The notes: a model not told the origin generated them from the letters alone. Positions 10,530 through 21,028 are shown, counted from the stretch's first letter. The stretch: 64,000 bases of DNA from Bacteroidales bacterium (GCA_041393275.1 JAWKKL010000001.1:65927-129926); one strand, 5' to 3'. Program-made: numbers and translations.

Positions 10530-12449
10530 ATGAGAAACTTTTACCGCTTTCTGGTTTTAATGCTGTTCTTGTTTGTAATTGTAAACCAGGGCTTTTCCGA
10601 AAAAGTCCAATTTGGTGATTTAAAAGGGACTAAAAACCTTAAATAAACAGCGGCCGGATGTCTGGACCCATCTGGATATAAATTTTTACAAATAAATAAT
10701 ATCAGAGCCAGGATAAATACTGGTGGCGATATGTGGTGGAACCTTGATGTATCGCAGTATTTTGTTCCCGCCGAAACATCAAAAACTTCTTTGTTTTCGG
10801 GTTCGCTGTGGATTGGTGGTCTTGATGTAAATAATCAGCTTAAGTTAGCCGCTTTGAGGTACCGGCAGGTTGGACAAGATTACTGGACTGGGCCGTTAAC
10901 CATTGATGGGACAGCAGCTATTGATGCCGAAACCTGTGCTGAATGGGATAAATTATTTAGCATCAACAGGGCAGACGTGGATCAGTTTATCCAGTGGTAC
11001 AACAGCACCAATAAAGCCGAAGATTTTCCCGGATATGTAATACCTCCGACGATTTTAGAATATCCGGCCCATGGTATTGTTTCGAAAGGCCAAAGTTATT
11101 ATATGGCCCCCTTTAAAGACGTTGATGGCAGTGGTGATTACGACCCCAATAATGGCGACTATCCATATTATGATATTACGAACGACCTTTGCCCCCTTAA
11201 TTATGTTGGAGATCCGAATTATGTGCCTACCCCTACTGCAGAATCCGAACTATATGATGACTATTTTGGAGGTATCCTTGTTGACCAGGTGCTTAAAGGA
11301 GATGAAACTTTATGGTGGGTTTTTAACGACAAAGGAAATATTCATACTGAAACTGATGGTTCTCCAATTGGAATGGAAATTAGGGCACAGGCCTTTGGTT
11401 TTTCGACAAACGATGAGATCAATAATATGACTTTCTACAGTTATGAAATAATTAACCGGTCGACTTACGAACTTACCAATACCTATTTTTGCCCCTGGGT
11501 TGATACGGACCTTGGATATGCATGGGATGATTATGTTGGCTGTGATGTAGAACGTGGCCTTGGTTATTGTTATAATGGTACCGACACCGACGAAGGCGGC
11601 CCTGAGGCATATGGTGAACAACCACCTGCCATTGGTGTGGATTTTTTCCAGGGACCTTATATGGACCCGGATGGCTATGACAACCCGGCATACCATGGAG
11701 TAGGGCTTTTAGGCCCCTCAATCAATGGCTGTGAAATTGTCAGTTTTGATGAACAAATAGTATCACTAACTTATGGTCCAGGAGATACAGCACAGGGAAA
11801 CTTCCTTGTTAGGGCCGAAGCCATCAATGGAGTAAACTTTGGAAACGGTATTAAAGACGATGAACGCTATGGCATGAAACGTTTTGTTTACCATAACAAT
11901 GGGGGTGCAAATTATATGTCCGACCCTTCGGATGCACCTGAGTATTATAACTTCCTTCGTGGCATTTGGAAAGACAATACACAAATGTTGTATGGTGGAA
12001 ATGCACATGCCACTTCCGGAGCCTTAGGCCCGGAATGTAATTTTATGTTCCCGGGTGATTCAGACCCTTGTAACTGGGGTACCGGAGGACTTCCACCAAA
12101 CGGTGGTTTTAATTCAGAAGGTTATTACTGGACCGAAGAGGTTGTCGATAATAATCCGGATGACCGTCGGTTTATGCAATCTGCGGGCCCATTTACCCTA
12201 AAACCCGGTGCTGTTAATTACATTACTGTTGGTATTCCCTGGGCACGTGCTATAGCCGGTGGTCCATGGGCGTCGGTTCAATTGTTGAGGGAAGTCGATG
12301 ACAAATGCCAGGCATTGTTCGATAACTGTTTTAAAGTAATTAACGGACCTGATTCTCCGGACCTTACTTTCCAGGAACTTGACAGGCAACTTATCATTTA
12401 TATTTCAAATAGTAAAAATTCAAATAATTACAAGGAATCATATATCTAA
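10530..12449 (+). CDS. N-terminal part of a large (~1470 codon) secreted T9SS-cargo protein of unknown function. It carries an in-frame TAA at 10644-10646 and ends at an in-frame TAA at 12447-12449.
   Basis: ATG at 10530 gives the signal peptide MRNFYRFLVLMLFLFVIVNQGFS. The same frame continues after the TAA (TAAGCLDPSGYKFLQINNIRARINTGGDMWW...) into ORF 10731-12449. I recognised no catalytic motif. Confidence 0.55.
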
Positions 12450-12542
12450 CTTGATCACCAGATTAAAACTCCCGATTCACTGGTTGGAACCGAAGATGAA
12501 TATGATCCATATTACAGGTTTGAAGGATATCAGATTTTTGAG

Positions 12543-14945
12543 TTGTCCGATGCATCTGTTACTATTTCAGATAGTCGTGATGATCCGGATAAAGTTCGGA
12601 TGATTGCTCAATATGATATTAGAAATGGAGTTGGGCAACTTTTTAATTATACGTTTAACCAGGCACTGGGTGCAAACGTGCCTGTAGAAATGGCAATTGA
12701 TGCTGACAATGGGGTGGTTCACTCCTTTACAGTTACGCAAACAGCATTTCCAATGTCAAACGATAGTCGTCTTGTAAATAATAAGCAATATTATTTTAGT
12801 ATTCTGGCATATGGTTATAACAATTACAAGGAATATGATCAAAATGATCCAACAAAACTTAATGGGCAGAAAAAGCCATACCTCGCCGGACGGAAAAACA
12901 TTAAAAACTATACTGCCATTCCGCACAAGACAGTCAATGGTATGGTAATGAACAGCAACTATGGCGATGGTCCGTCTATTTCCCGCATTGAAGGTAACGG
13001 AAATGGTGGTGTTGCTCTTGAGTTTACTGAAGAATCAATTGAATTATTGTTAAGTAAACCCCCGGCAGGAATAACAGAAAGTGGTGATACTATTGCCTAT
13101 GGGGATGATGATTATCCGTTAATTTATAATCCAGTTTATAAAAATGGAAAAGGGCCGGTTTACATCAAAGTTATCGATCCGTTAAACGTAAAGGAAGCCA
13201 GTTATTTATTAAAATTCGATACAGTATTTTACAGGGTTGTTTATGATAATATTACCAATACTGACGGCATGGTGCCAGGAGGTGATACATTGAGTATTAC
13301 AGCAACACCGGGTTGGCAGATTATTGATCAGGAAACACAGCATGTATATGAAGCGGATACCAGTACGAATATAGAATATGAGCAGTTGTTCCCCGATTTA
13401 GGAATTTCCATAACATTTGGCCCTATTGTTCAAGCAGGGCCATATACGGTGGGTAAAATGGCGGATGCAGAAAACACAGCGGTAAATGCAGTACCTGCGC
13501 CAAATAATGGGTTAATTGAAGCCACAATTTCTTTTTCCGACAGTTCCCAAAGATGGCTTAGTGGTATTGCCGACCAGGATATTATTGGATTTCCAATGAA
13601 CTGGATCCGTTCAGGGACGTATGATGATGACTGGGCAAGTTCAAATGATCCTTGGGATCCGGACGAAGTTTATGAAAAAATGATTGGTGGTACGTGGGCT
13701 CCTTACGCCTTATGTGCTTATAATGGACAGGATTCATACGGTGCTGCCCCTGCATTTGGCGAGGCAGCAGGTACATCAAAATCCCTATCCAACAAAATGA
13801 AAAACGTATATAGTGTGGAGGTCGTTTTCACACCAGATAAATCTAAATGGACCCGCTCGCCCGTTATCGAAATGTGCAACGATCCTTTATTGTCTGTTGG
13901 TGGAGCATCGAAATTTGCATTGCGGCGTTCTGCATCACTCGATAAAAATGGAAATCCCTCAGGTTGGCCGGCCGATAAATCAAAATCGTTTAGTAAGGAT
14001 GATCCGAACTATATTGCGCCTTATGGTATGAGTTGGTTCCCGGGATATGCTGTAAATCTGGAAACAGGAGAGCGCTTAAACATAATTTTTGGAGAAGATT
14101 CTAATTTACCTACGGAAAATGGAAGGGACATGTTATTTAACCCGACATCCTCAGATTTACGCAGACGTGATGATAATAATCAGATTATTACTGACCCGTT
14201 AACTCCATTGTTTGGTGGAAAACATTATGTTTATGTAATGGGAAGTGGTGAGTATGTGCGTTCTTCTGGTGCAGATACCCTGCGGTTTAAATTTAGTGCC
14301 TATGATGCAGGGAGAGGCCTTCAAATGGCATTGGATACACTTCCCCCAAAAGGAGATTCATTTTACCAAATTTATGGGAGCCTTATTTATGCAAGCACGC
14401 AATATGTAAATATTCCATTAGCTGTAGATGATGTTCCATGGCTGGCAAATGAAGTGAAAGTTAGGATTAGCCTTGTTAGGCCCTACAATAGATATTATGC
14501 CAATAGTCCATTACCTTCATCAGCAGGAGAAGGACTGAATAAACATTACCCATTGTATGAGTTTTCGACAAAAGGGATTGCTACAACTGAATATAGCGCC
14601 GATAAAGCCGAAACAGATCTTGATTTGGTTGCTGTTGTTCCTAATCCGTATTATGCTTTTGCTGTGGCCAATGGTTATGAATCTGTTCCGCTTGAAAATC
14701 TGGTAAAAATTATAAACCTGCCGGAAAAAGCAACAGTAACAATTTACAACGTAAACGGAACCCGAATCAGGCAATTAACAAAAGACGATCCGGTAACATT
14801 CCTCGACTGGGATCTTAAAAATCATGCGGGAATTCCTATAGCTGGTGGTGTGTACTTATTTCATGTGAAAGATGAAATCAAAAATAGTGAACGGATTGTT
14901 AAATGGTTTGGGGCACTTAGGGTAGAAGATTTCAATGAATTCTAA
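12543..14945 (+). CDS. C-terminal part of the same large secreted protein, ending in a T9SS/FlgD-Ig-like C-terminal sorting domain
   Basis: It is in the same frame as 10530-12449 and is open from 12450 (LDHQIKTPDSLVGTEDEYDPYYRFEGYQIF...). The tail is VVPNPYYAFA...ATVTIYNVNGTRIRQL...WDLKNHAGIPIAGGVYLFHVK. Confidence 0.65.
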   Translation: MSDASVTISDSRDDPDKVRMIAQYDIRNGVGQLFNYTFNQALGANVPVEMAIDADNGVVHSFTVTQTAFPMSNDSRLVNNKQYYFSILAYGYNNYKEYDQNDPTKLNGQKKPYLAGRKNIKNYTAIPHKTVNGMVMNSNYGDGPSISRIEGNGNGGVALEFTEESIELLLSKPPAGITESGDTIAYGDDDYPLIYNPVYKNGKGPVYIKVIDPLNVKEASYLLKFDTVFYRVVYDNITNTDGMVPGGDTLSITATPGWQIIDQETQHVYEADTSTNIEYEQLFPDLGISITFGPIVQAGPYTVGKMADAENTAVNAVPAPNNGLIEATISFSDSSQRWLSGIADQDIIGFPMNWIRSGTYDDDWASSNDPWDPDEVYEKMIGGTWAPYALCAYNGQDSYGAAPAFGEAAGTSKSLSNKMKNVYSVEVVFTPDKSKWTRSPVIEMCNDPLLSVGGASKFALRRSASLDKNGNPSGWPADKSKSFSKDDPNYIAPYGMSWFPGYAVNLETGERLNIIFGEDSNLPTENGRDMLFNPTSSDLRRRDDNNQIITDPLTPLFGGKHYVYVMGSGEYVRSSGADTLRFKFSAYDAGRGLQMALDTLPPKGDSFYQIYGSLIYASTQYVNIPLAVDDVPWLANEVKVRISLVRPYNRYYANSPLPSSAGEGLNKHYPLYEFSTKGIATTEYSADKAETDLDLVAVVPNPYYAFAVANGYESVPLENLVKIINLPEKATVTIYNVNGTRIRQLTKDDPVTFLDWDLKNHAGIPIAGGVYLFHVKDEIKNSERIVKWFGALRVEDFNEF

Positions 14946-14976
14946 AATTGACAGTAAAACTTTAAAATATAGCAGC

Positions 14977-16044
14977 ATGAAGAATTTTTATAAATACTTG
15001 ATTGCAATATTCATGGTAAGCCTGATGTTTCTTTCTTCTCATAATGCTGTGGCCGGAAACAAAGACCGGGCAGGGCAGGCAGGAGCATCTGAATTACTTA
15101 TTAACCCCTGGGCCGGAAGTTCAGGATGGGGAGGGGTTAGTATAGCTAATGTTAAAGGTTTAGAGGCAATGTATAACAATGTTGCAGGTATTGCATTCAC
15201 AAAGCAAACAGAACTGATATTTGCTTATACTGACTGGTTGAAAGGTGCCGATATCAAATTAATGAGTTTTGGCATTACGCAGCGTGTTGGCGAATCAGGT
15301 GTTTTTGGGCTTAGCGTCATGTCGATGAATTTTGGAGAAATTGACATTACTACCATTGAACTACCCGGAGGAGGTATTGGCAAGTTTTCGCCCCGGTATA
15401 TGACCATTTCAATTGGCTATGGAAAAGCATTTTCAAGTGCTATTTATGGTGGATTAGCCTTGAAAATTGTTAACGAATCCATCGCCGATGCCAACGCACA
15501 AGGCGTTGCCATTGATGCAGGTATACAATATGTAACCGGTGTGCAGGAAAACATTAAGTTTGGCATCTCATTACGAAATATTGGGCCAAAAATGAAATAT
15601 TCTGGTGATGGATTTTCTTTGTCAACTTTTGTTCCCGGAAACGATAATTCATTTACCACAACACAGCGTGGCCAGTCTTTCGAAATGCCGGCCCAGCTTA
15701 ATATTGGGGCATCGTACGATTTTCTATTCGAACAAAAAACCAGATTCACCCTGGCAGGAAGTTTTGCTTCGAATTCATTTAAGAAGGATCAATTCATTTT
15801 TGGTGGTGAATTTTCATTCAGGGATTATGTATTGCTAAGGGCTGGATATGCTTACGAAGAAGGAATAAATAAACCCGTAACAGATCCGGAGAAATCAAAT
15901 GTTAATTCAGGATTTAGTACAGGTTTAACAGTTCAAGTGCCAATGAGTAAAGGCAAAGGTTCTGTATTTGCTGTTGATTATTCATTCAGGCCCACGGATC
16001 ATTTTCAAAATATACATTCAATATCTGCCCGGTTTACCCTGTAA
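14977..16044 (+). CDS. PorV/PorQ-family outer-membrane beta-barrel protein (T9SS-associated family)
   Basis: Signal peptide MKNFYKYLIAIFMVSLMFLSSHNAVA. AGQAGASELLINPWAGSSGWGGVSIA resembles the PorV/PorQ N-terminal signature. The sequence has an alternating beta-strand pattern. The ATG at 14977 is preferred over 14935, which overlaps the upstream gene. Confidence 0.6.
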   Translation: MKNFYKYLIAIFMVSLMFLSSHNAVAGNKDRAGQAGASELLINPWAGSSGWGGVSIANVKGLEAMYNNVAGIAFTKQTELIFAYTDWLKGADIKLMSFGITQRVGESGVFGLSVMSMNFGEIDITTIELPGGGIGKFSPRYMTISIGYGKAFSSAIYGGLALKIVNESIADANAQGVAIDAGIQYVTGVQENIKFGISLRNIGPKMKYSGDGFSLSTFVPGNDNSFTTTQRGQSFEMPAQLNIGASYDFLFEQKTRFTLAGSFASNSFKKDQFIFGGEFSFRDYVLLRAGYAYEEGINKPVTDPEKSNVNSGFSTGLTVQVPMSKGKGSVFAVDYSFRPTDHFQNIHSISARFTL

Positions 16045-16086
16045 ACCAGACCGAAATAAAATAAAAAATATAATATAGATTGAAAG

Positions 16087-16108
16087 GACCCTTTCTCAAG
16101 GGTCTTTT
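16087..16108 (+). terminator. Rho-independent terminator
   Basis: GACCCTT-TCTC-AAGGGTC is followed by TTTT, then CGCATTTTTT. Confidence 0.6.
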
Positions 16109-16150
16109 CGCATTTTTTCAACTTTACTGAAAACGATAGAAATTTGAGTT

Positions 16151-16624
16151 ATGGCGAAAGTAACTTATTATACAGAAGATGGCCTAAACCGGCTGAGAGA
16201 TGAATTGGAATATCTTACCAGGGTGGAGCGACCCTCAATTTCCCAACAAATTGCCGATGCTAGAGATAAGGGAGATTTGTCAGAAAATGCTGAATATGCA
16301 GCAGCCAAAGAAGCACAGGGTTTGCTTGAAATGAAGATTTCAAAAATGCAGGATTTGGTAAATAATGCAAGGATCATTGACGAATCAAAAATGGATACAA
16401 CAAAGGTGTTGATATTATGTACGGTAAAAATTAAAAACCTGAAAAACAATGCCGAAATGACTTATATGTTAGTACCAGAGCAAGAGTCGGATCTTAAAAA
16501 AGGAAAAATTTCCGTATCATCACCCATTGCCAAAGGATTATTGGGGAAAAAAGTAGGCGACAAAGTCGAAATTAAAGTCCCTGCTGGAATTATTCCTTTT
16601 GAGATTATTGAAATTTCGAGATAA
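16151..16624 (+). CDS. greA: Transcription elongation factor GreA
   Basis: 157 aa. GLNRLRDELEYL...RPSISQQIADARDKGDLSENAEYAAAKEAQ, and C-terminal ISVSSPIAKGLLGKKVGD. Confidence 0.9.
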   Translation: MAKVTYYTEDGLNRLRDELEYLTRVERPSISQQIADARDKGDLSENAEYAAAKEAQGLLEMKISKMQDLVNNARIIDESKMDTTKVLILCTVKIKNLKNNAEMTYMLVPEQESDLKKGKISVSSPIAKGLLGKKVGDKVEIKVPAGIIPFEIIEISR

Positions 16625-16635
16625 ATTCAAAAATC

Positions 16636-17037
16636 ATGGCTACTATTTTTACAAAAATTATTCAGGGCGAAATTCCTTCTTACAAAATTGCAGAGGATGA
16701 GAATTATTTTGCCTTCCTCGACATTAACCCCTTATCGATAGGGCACACACTTGTTATACCCAAACAAGAGGTAGATTATATTTTTGATTTAAAGGATGAG
16801 ATTTACCAGGGATTGTTATTATTTGCTAAGAAAGTTGGAAAAGCTATTGAAGCTACAATTGAATGTAAACGATTAGGGTTGGTTGTTTATGGGCTGGATG
16901 TCCCTCATGTCCATATCCATTTAATTCCGCTAAAGGGAATAGGGAACGAAATCAACTTTAGCAATCCAAAAGTAAAAATGGGAAAAGAGGAATTCATTGA
17001 ATTGGCTGGAAAAATCTCAGAAAATTTCAGAAAATAA
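16636..17037 (+). CDS. HIT-family (histidine triad) nucleotide hydrolase
   Basis: 133 aa. IFTKIIQGEIPSYKI and the histidine triad HVHIHLIP. Confidence 0.85.
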   Translation: MATIFTKIIQGEIPSYKIAEDENYFAFLDINPLSIGHTLVIPKQEVDYIFDLKDEIYQGLLLFAKKVGKAIEATIECKRLGLVVYGLDVPHVHIHLIPLKGIGNEINFSNPKVKMGKEEFIELAGKISENFRK

Positions 17038-17039
17038 AG

Positions 17040-18941
17040 TCAATAAGCCCTTACGTTTCTGCCTTCGATATAATTAATAAAAGACCGGTTTACTACCTTA
17101 TTGCCGCCCGGAGTGGGATAATTCCCAGTAAAATACCAATCTCCAGTATGCCCCGGTATTGCTTCATGTAGGTCTTCAATGGTTTGATAAATAATCTGTA
17201 CATCCGTTTTGATCTCTCTTTCCTTTAACATAGAAGAAATTTTCGCGGAAATTTCCAATGCTGAAAACGGTTTGTAAATCTCTTTGACATAATTTACCAT
17301 TTCGTTCATAGGCAGGTTTTCCTGTGCTTTACACTTTTTATAAACCTGGTTTATTATTTCCTGTTGATTGGTGTCTTTCAGGAGTTCAATTGTGGCCCGA
17401 AACGCAATAAAATCATTCAATTTTGCCATATCAATTCCATAACAATCAGGGAAGCGAATTTGGGGAGCCGATGAAGCGATGACTATTTTTTTTGGGCCAA
17501 GGCGGTCAAGTATCCTGATAATACTTCGTTTAAGTGTTGTTCCGCGAACAATGGAGTCATCAAGCACCACGAGGTTATCTTGTCCGGGTTTAAGAATACC
17601 ATATGTAACATCGTAAACGTGACCTACCAGGTCGTCGCGCTGTGTATCCTGCGTAATAAACGTGCGAAGTTTTAAATCCTTCACGGCCACTTTCTCAATC
17701 CGAGGGCGTAAATCAAATATTTTACTGAGTTTTTCTTTTGTAATGTTGCCTTGCAATTCCAATATTTTGTCTTGTTTTACGGTATCGCAAAACCGCTCTA
17801 ATTCTTCGGCCAATCCACGGAAAGCAACGGCAGCAGTGTTAGGAATATAAGAAAATACAGTATTTTCAAGGTCATAATTTACCTCCTTCAAAATGGCAGG
17901 GGCAAGTAGTTTACCAAGTTTTTTTCGTTCGAGGTAAATGTCTTTATCTGTTCCACGCGAAAAATAGATCCGTTCAAAAGAACAGGATTTTTTTTTCAGC
18001 GGTTTTTTAATTTCAACTTCCAGTGAACTCCCGTCCTTTTTAATAATTAGGGCATGCCCGGGAGTTAATTCTCGAATATTTTCCAGCGAAACATCAAACG
18101 CTGTTTGAATAGCCGGACGTTCGGAGGTAGCTACTATAATTTCATCATCCTTGTAATAAAATGCCGGTCTTATCCCTGCCGGATCGCGCAATACAAAAGC
18201 ATCCCCATGGCCAATCATACCGGCAATGGCATAACCTCCATCCCAATGCTGGGCTGATTTGGACAAAATGCTTCGCAGATTCAATTTATTTGAAATTTCT
18301 ACGGTGCTTTCGAGTTTGGTAAATCCCTGCTTCTTTAGATTCCTGTAAAGCAATTCGTTCTCTTCATCTAAAAAGTGGCCGATTTTTTCAAGAATGGTTA
18401 TTGTATCTGAGGTCTCTACCGGATATTGGCCATAATCTACCAGTTTATTAAAAAGCTCATCCACGTTGGTCATATTAAAGTTCCCGGCCAAAACAACGTT
18501 CCGGGTTTTCCAATTATTTGCCCGGATAACAGGGTGGAGATTAACAAGTTCATTTTTACCAAATGTACCGTACCGAAGATGGCCTAAAAATAATTCACCG
18601 GTAAAATCAACATTTTCTTTTAACCAATTAACATCCCGAAGACGGTCAGGATAAGCTGAGCATGATTCGTTTACCTGGTCGTCAACGATACGAAAGATTT
18701 CTTTTATGGGAGATTCTGCATTCGAGCGAAGCCGGTTGATGTATTTTCTTCCCGGCGGGATATTGAGCTTTACACATGCAATCCCAGCTCCATCCTGTCC
18801 CCTGTTGTGTTGTTTCTGCATTAGCAAATGGAGTTTCTTCAGGCCATAAAAGCTGGTACCATATTTAGCCAGGTAGTACTCGAGGGGCTTTAAAAGCCGG
18901 ATGAGAGCAATGCCACATTCGTGTTTTATCTGTTCGCTCAT
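17040..18941 (-). CDS. purF: Amidophosphoribosyltransferase (long Bacteroidota-type PurF)
   Basis: 633 aa. N-terminal nucleophile context MSEQIKHECGIALI. PRTase loop VVLDDSIVRGTTLK. Confidence 0.9.
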   Translation of the reverse strand: MSEQIKHECGIALIRLLKPLEYYLAKYGTSFYGLKKLHLLMQKQHNRGQDGAGIACVKLNIPPGRKYINRLRSNAESPIKEIFRIVDDQVNESCSAYPDRLRDVNWLKENVDFTGELFLGHLRYGTFGKNELVNLHPVIRANNWKTRNVVLAGNFNMTNVDELFNKLVDYGQYPVETSDTITILEKIGHFLDEENELLYRNLKKQGFTKLESTVEISNKLNLRSILSKSAQHWDGGYAIAGMIGHGDAFVLRDPAGIRPAFYYKDDEIIVATSERPAIQTAFDVSLENIRELTPGHALIIKKDGSSLEVEIKKPLKKKSCSFERIYFSRGTDKDIYLERKKLGKLLAPAILKEVNYDLENTVFSYIPNTAAVAFRGLAEELERFCDTVKQDKILELQGNITKEKLSKIFDLRPRIEKVAVKDLKLRTFITQDTQRDDLVGHVYDVTYGILKPGQDNLVVLDDSIVRGTTLKRSIIRILDRLGPKKIVIASSAPQIRFPDCYGIDMAKLNDFIAFRATIELLKDTNQQEIINQVYKKCKAQENLPMNEMVNYVKEIYKPFSALEISAKISSMLKEREIKTDVQIIYQTIEDLHEAIPGHTGDWYFTGNYPTPGGNKVVNRSFINYIEGRNVRAY

Positions 18942-18967
18942 TAAATGATCATTAAAAATCTAATTGC

Positions 18968-19000
18968 ATTTTTGCTACTTTCGCAATACGTTGCAAAAAT
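18968..19000. promoter_or_regulatory. Inverted repeat ATTTTTGC-N17-GCAAAAAT in the 67-nt divergent purF / beta-helix gene spacer
   Basis: The arms are at 18968-18975 and 18993-19000. Function is unknown. Confidence 0.2.
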
Positions 19001-19008
19001 AACATTAA

Positions 19009-20484
19009 ATGAAAAAGAACATCGCTTTTGGTTTTATTTTGATTTGGTTTTCCCAAATCGCATGTGCACAATACATTTCTCCGGGAACAGGTGTGGTTTG
19101 GGATTTCGACGACCTCGTTGAACATGCCCAGGGGGCTTTTGTCTTTGATAGCTCCTACAAAATGGTGGATGACATTACCATTTCTGCAAACGACACCCTT
19201 CGTCATGCGGTTAATGCCATGATGGTTATTGAAGAGGCTATGTTAATGACAATTGAAGGAGTTCTGCAACTAACCCCACCTGATAGTATTGTTATTAGCC
19301 AGGCGAACCAGGAGCAATTTTTTAAAGGATTCCGGTTTGAAAACTCGGCTTCTTCAATAATGGATAAATGTATTATTCATCGAGGAGGAGGTATTAAGCT
19401 TGTATATTCCGATGTTCTATTTACAAATTGTAAATTTAGGGAAAACAGTACGTTAAACTGTACCGGCACAATTGATTTATTCCATTCGAGCCCGGATATT
19501 GTAAATTGTGAATTTATGAATAACCAGGGTCCGGCCGTTCTGAGTGCCGCCAACGGCGAAAGTTCACCTTATATTTACAACAATTTGATGTACAGGAACA
19601 ATACCCTGAATACAAATATGCCCCAAATTAACCTGGGAACATCAGATGGGGTATTGCCAATCCGGATTATAAAGAATACTGTTGAAGGCTTTTATACAAA
19701 CTCAGGAGGTATAGCCATTACAACCCTTGCGGGCGGTTCAGTGGAATGTATTATTGACAGCAACATGATTTTTAACAACCGGTATGGAATAACAGCTTAT
19801 GGATTTGATATTAATTCCATAATATCCAACAATGAAATTTACGATAACAACATAGAAAACCTACCCATGCAGGGTGGGAGCGGGATTAATTATTGGGGAG
19901 GGACTTCAAATACCTCCATGGTATTTAAAAATAAAATTTATGGCAATCTTTGGGGAATAACCATTACGGGTGATGCTTTGCCAAACCTCGGGCAAATCGA
20001 TCCTGACACGATAAATATTGGCCATAATAAGTTTTTTGATAATGGAAATAATGAAGAAATTTTCGCTCTTTATAATAATACGCCCAATGCGATTTATGCT
20101 GAAAATAATTACTGGGGATATTATGACCAGGATTCGGTTGAAAATGTAATTTTCCATTATCCTGATGATGAAACGTTAGGTTTCGTTGATTATCTACCGT
20201 ATGTAGATACACTGCTGACATCTTACAGGGAGCTTATTCCAAAAAATATTTATGTTTTTCCAAACCCGGCCAATAATTATTTTATCATTGAAAGGCCTGA
20301 AGAATTTTCGAAAAATCAAGAGGTTGAACTTTTTATCTATAATTCTTTGGGGAAATTGGTTCATCGGCGCCGGACTTTTTCAACCCAAATTGAAATTGAT
20401 ATTAGTTCATTGCCCGCGGGGCTTTATCCGCTCAGACTTTCAGACGGTATATCCGTTTATTCAACACAGCTTATCAAAAATTAA
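19009..20484 (+). CDS. Right-handed parallel beta-helix repeat protein with T9SS CTD
   Basis: Signal peptide MKKNIAFGFILIWFSQIACAQ. Repeated N-rich beta-helix turns (IFNNRYGITAYG, ISNNEIYDNN, FKNKIYGNLWGITI). CTD YVFPNPANNYFIIE...LPAGLYPLRLSDG. Confidence 0.7.
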   Translation: MKKNIAFGFILIWFSQIACAQYISPGTGVVWDFDDLVEHAQGAFVFDSSYKMVDDITISANDTLRHAVNAMMVIEEAMLMTIEGVLQLTPPDSIVISQANQEQFFKGFRFENSASSIMDKCIIHRGGGIKLVYSDVLFTNCKFRENSTLNCTGTIDLFHSSPDIVNCEFMNNQGPAVLSAANGESSPYIYNNLMYRNNTLNTNMPQINLGTSDGVLPIRIIKNTVEGFYTNSGGIAITTLAGGSVECIIDSNMIFNNRYGITAYGFDINSIISNNEIYDNNIENLPMQGGSGINYWGGTSNTSMVFKNKIYGNLWGITITGDALPNLGQIDPDTINIGHNKFFDNGNNEEIFALYNNTPNAIYAENNYWGYYDQDSVENVIFHYPDDETLGFVDYLPYVDTLLTSYRELIPKNIYVFPNPANNYFIIERPEEFSKNQEVELFIYNSLGKLVHRRRTFSTQIEIDISSLPAGLYPLRLSDGISVYSTQLIKN

Positions 20485-20558
20485 AATTGTTGAATTTGTG
20501 GATTTATCAAACAAGGCAATCGATTATTCTGTAGATTTGTTACCAAGGTAAAAATAAT

Positions 20559-21020
20559 ATGGAAATTAGCGTAGCATTTCCCGAAGATATAGAAAGAATT
20601 GTTGAGTTTCAACAAAAAATGGCACAGGAAACCGAACAGATTTCCCTTGATAATTATACTGTTTCATTAGGAGTTCAGGCTGTTTTTTCAAACCCGGCTA
20701 AAGGAACTTATGTTGTGGCAAAGGACAGAAATACCCTTGTTGCTTCCATGCTACTTACCCCTGAATGGAGTGATTGGCGGAATGCCACCTTTTTATGGAT
20801 ACAATCGTTGTATGTTTTGCCCGAGTACCGTAAAAAGGGAATATTCAGGAAAATGTATGATTATGTTAAAAAGACGGTAAATGATTCGAATCATTATGCG
20901 GGAATAAAACTTTATGTGGCATCTGAAAATGAATTGGCTCAGGAAGTTTATAAAAATGTTGGAATGATTTCAAGTCATTATCGTTTATTTGAATGGAATA
21001 AATTAGAAATTAAAAAATAG
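20559..21020 (+). CDS. GNAT-family N-acetyltransferase
   Basis: 153 aa. The acetyl-CoA binding region is LYVLPEYRKKGIFRKMYDYV. Confidence 0.7.
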   Translation: MEISVAFPEDIERIVEFQQKMAQETEQISLDNYTVSLGVQAVFSNPAKGTYVVAKDRNTLVASMLLTPEWSDWRNATFLWIQSLYVLPEYRKKGIFRKMYDYVKKTVNDSNHYAGIKLYVASENELAQEVYKNVGMISSHYRLFEWNKLEIKK

Positions 21021-21028
21021 GATTCGTT

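Noticed and set aside
10644-12449. Possibility that the in-frame TAA codons (and the TGA in the RecQ remnant) reflect an alternative genetic code or programmed read-through
   Set aside because: TAA and TGA both terminate well-conserved full-length genes in this window at the expected positions (for example fldA, greA, rpmF, fabH). I saw no recoding signal.
10530-14945. Identity of the large protein upstream of the PorV-like gene as the T9SS sortase PorU
   Set aside because: The position suggested PorU. However, I could not find the C25-type catalytic His (..GHG..) or Cys contexts that are obvious in the two bona fide C25 genes at 1-4933.
14935-14976. Upstream ATG (14935) as the start of the PorV/PorQ-like gene
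   Set aside because: It overlaps the end of the preceding gene and adds 14 non-hydrophobic residues before a canonical signal peptide that begins at the ATG at 14977.
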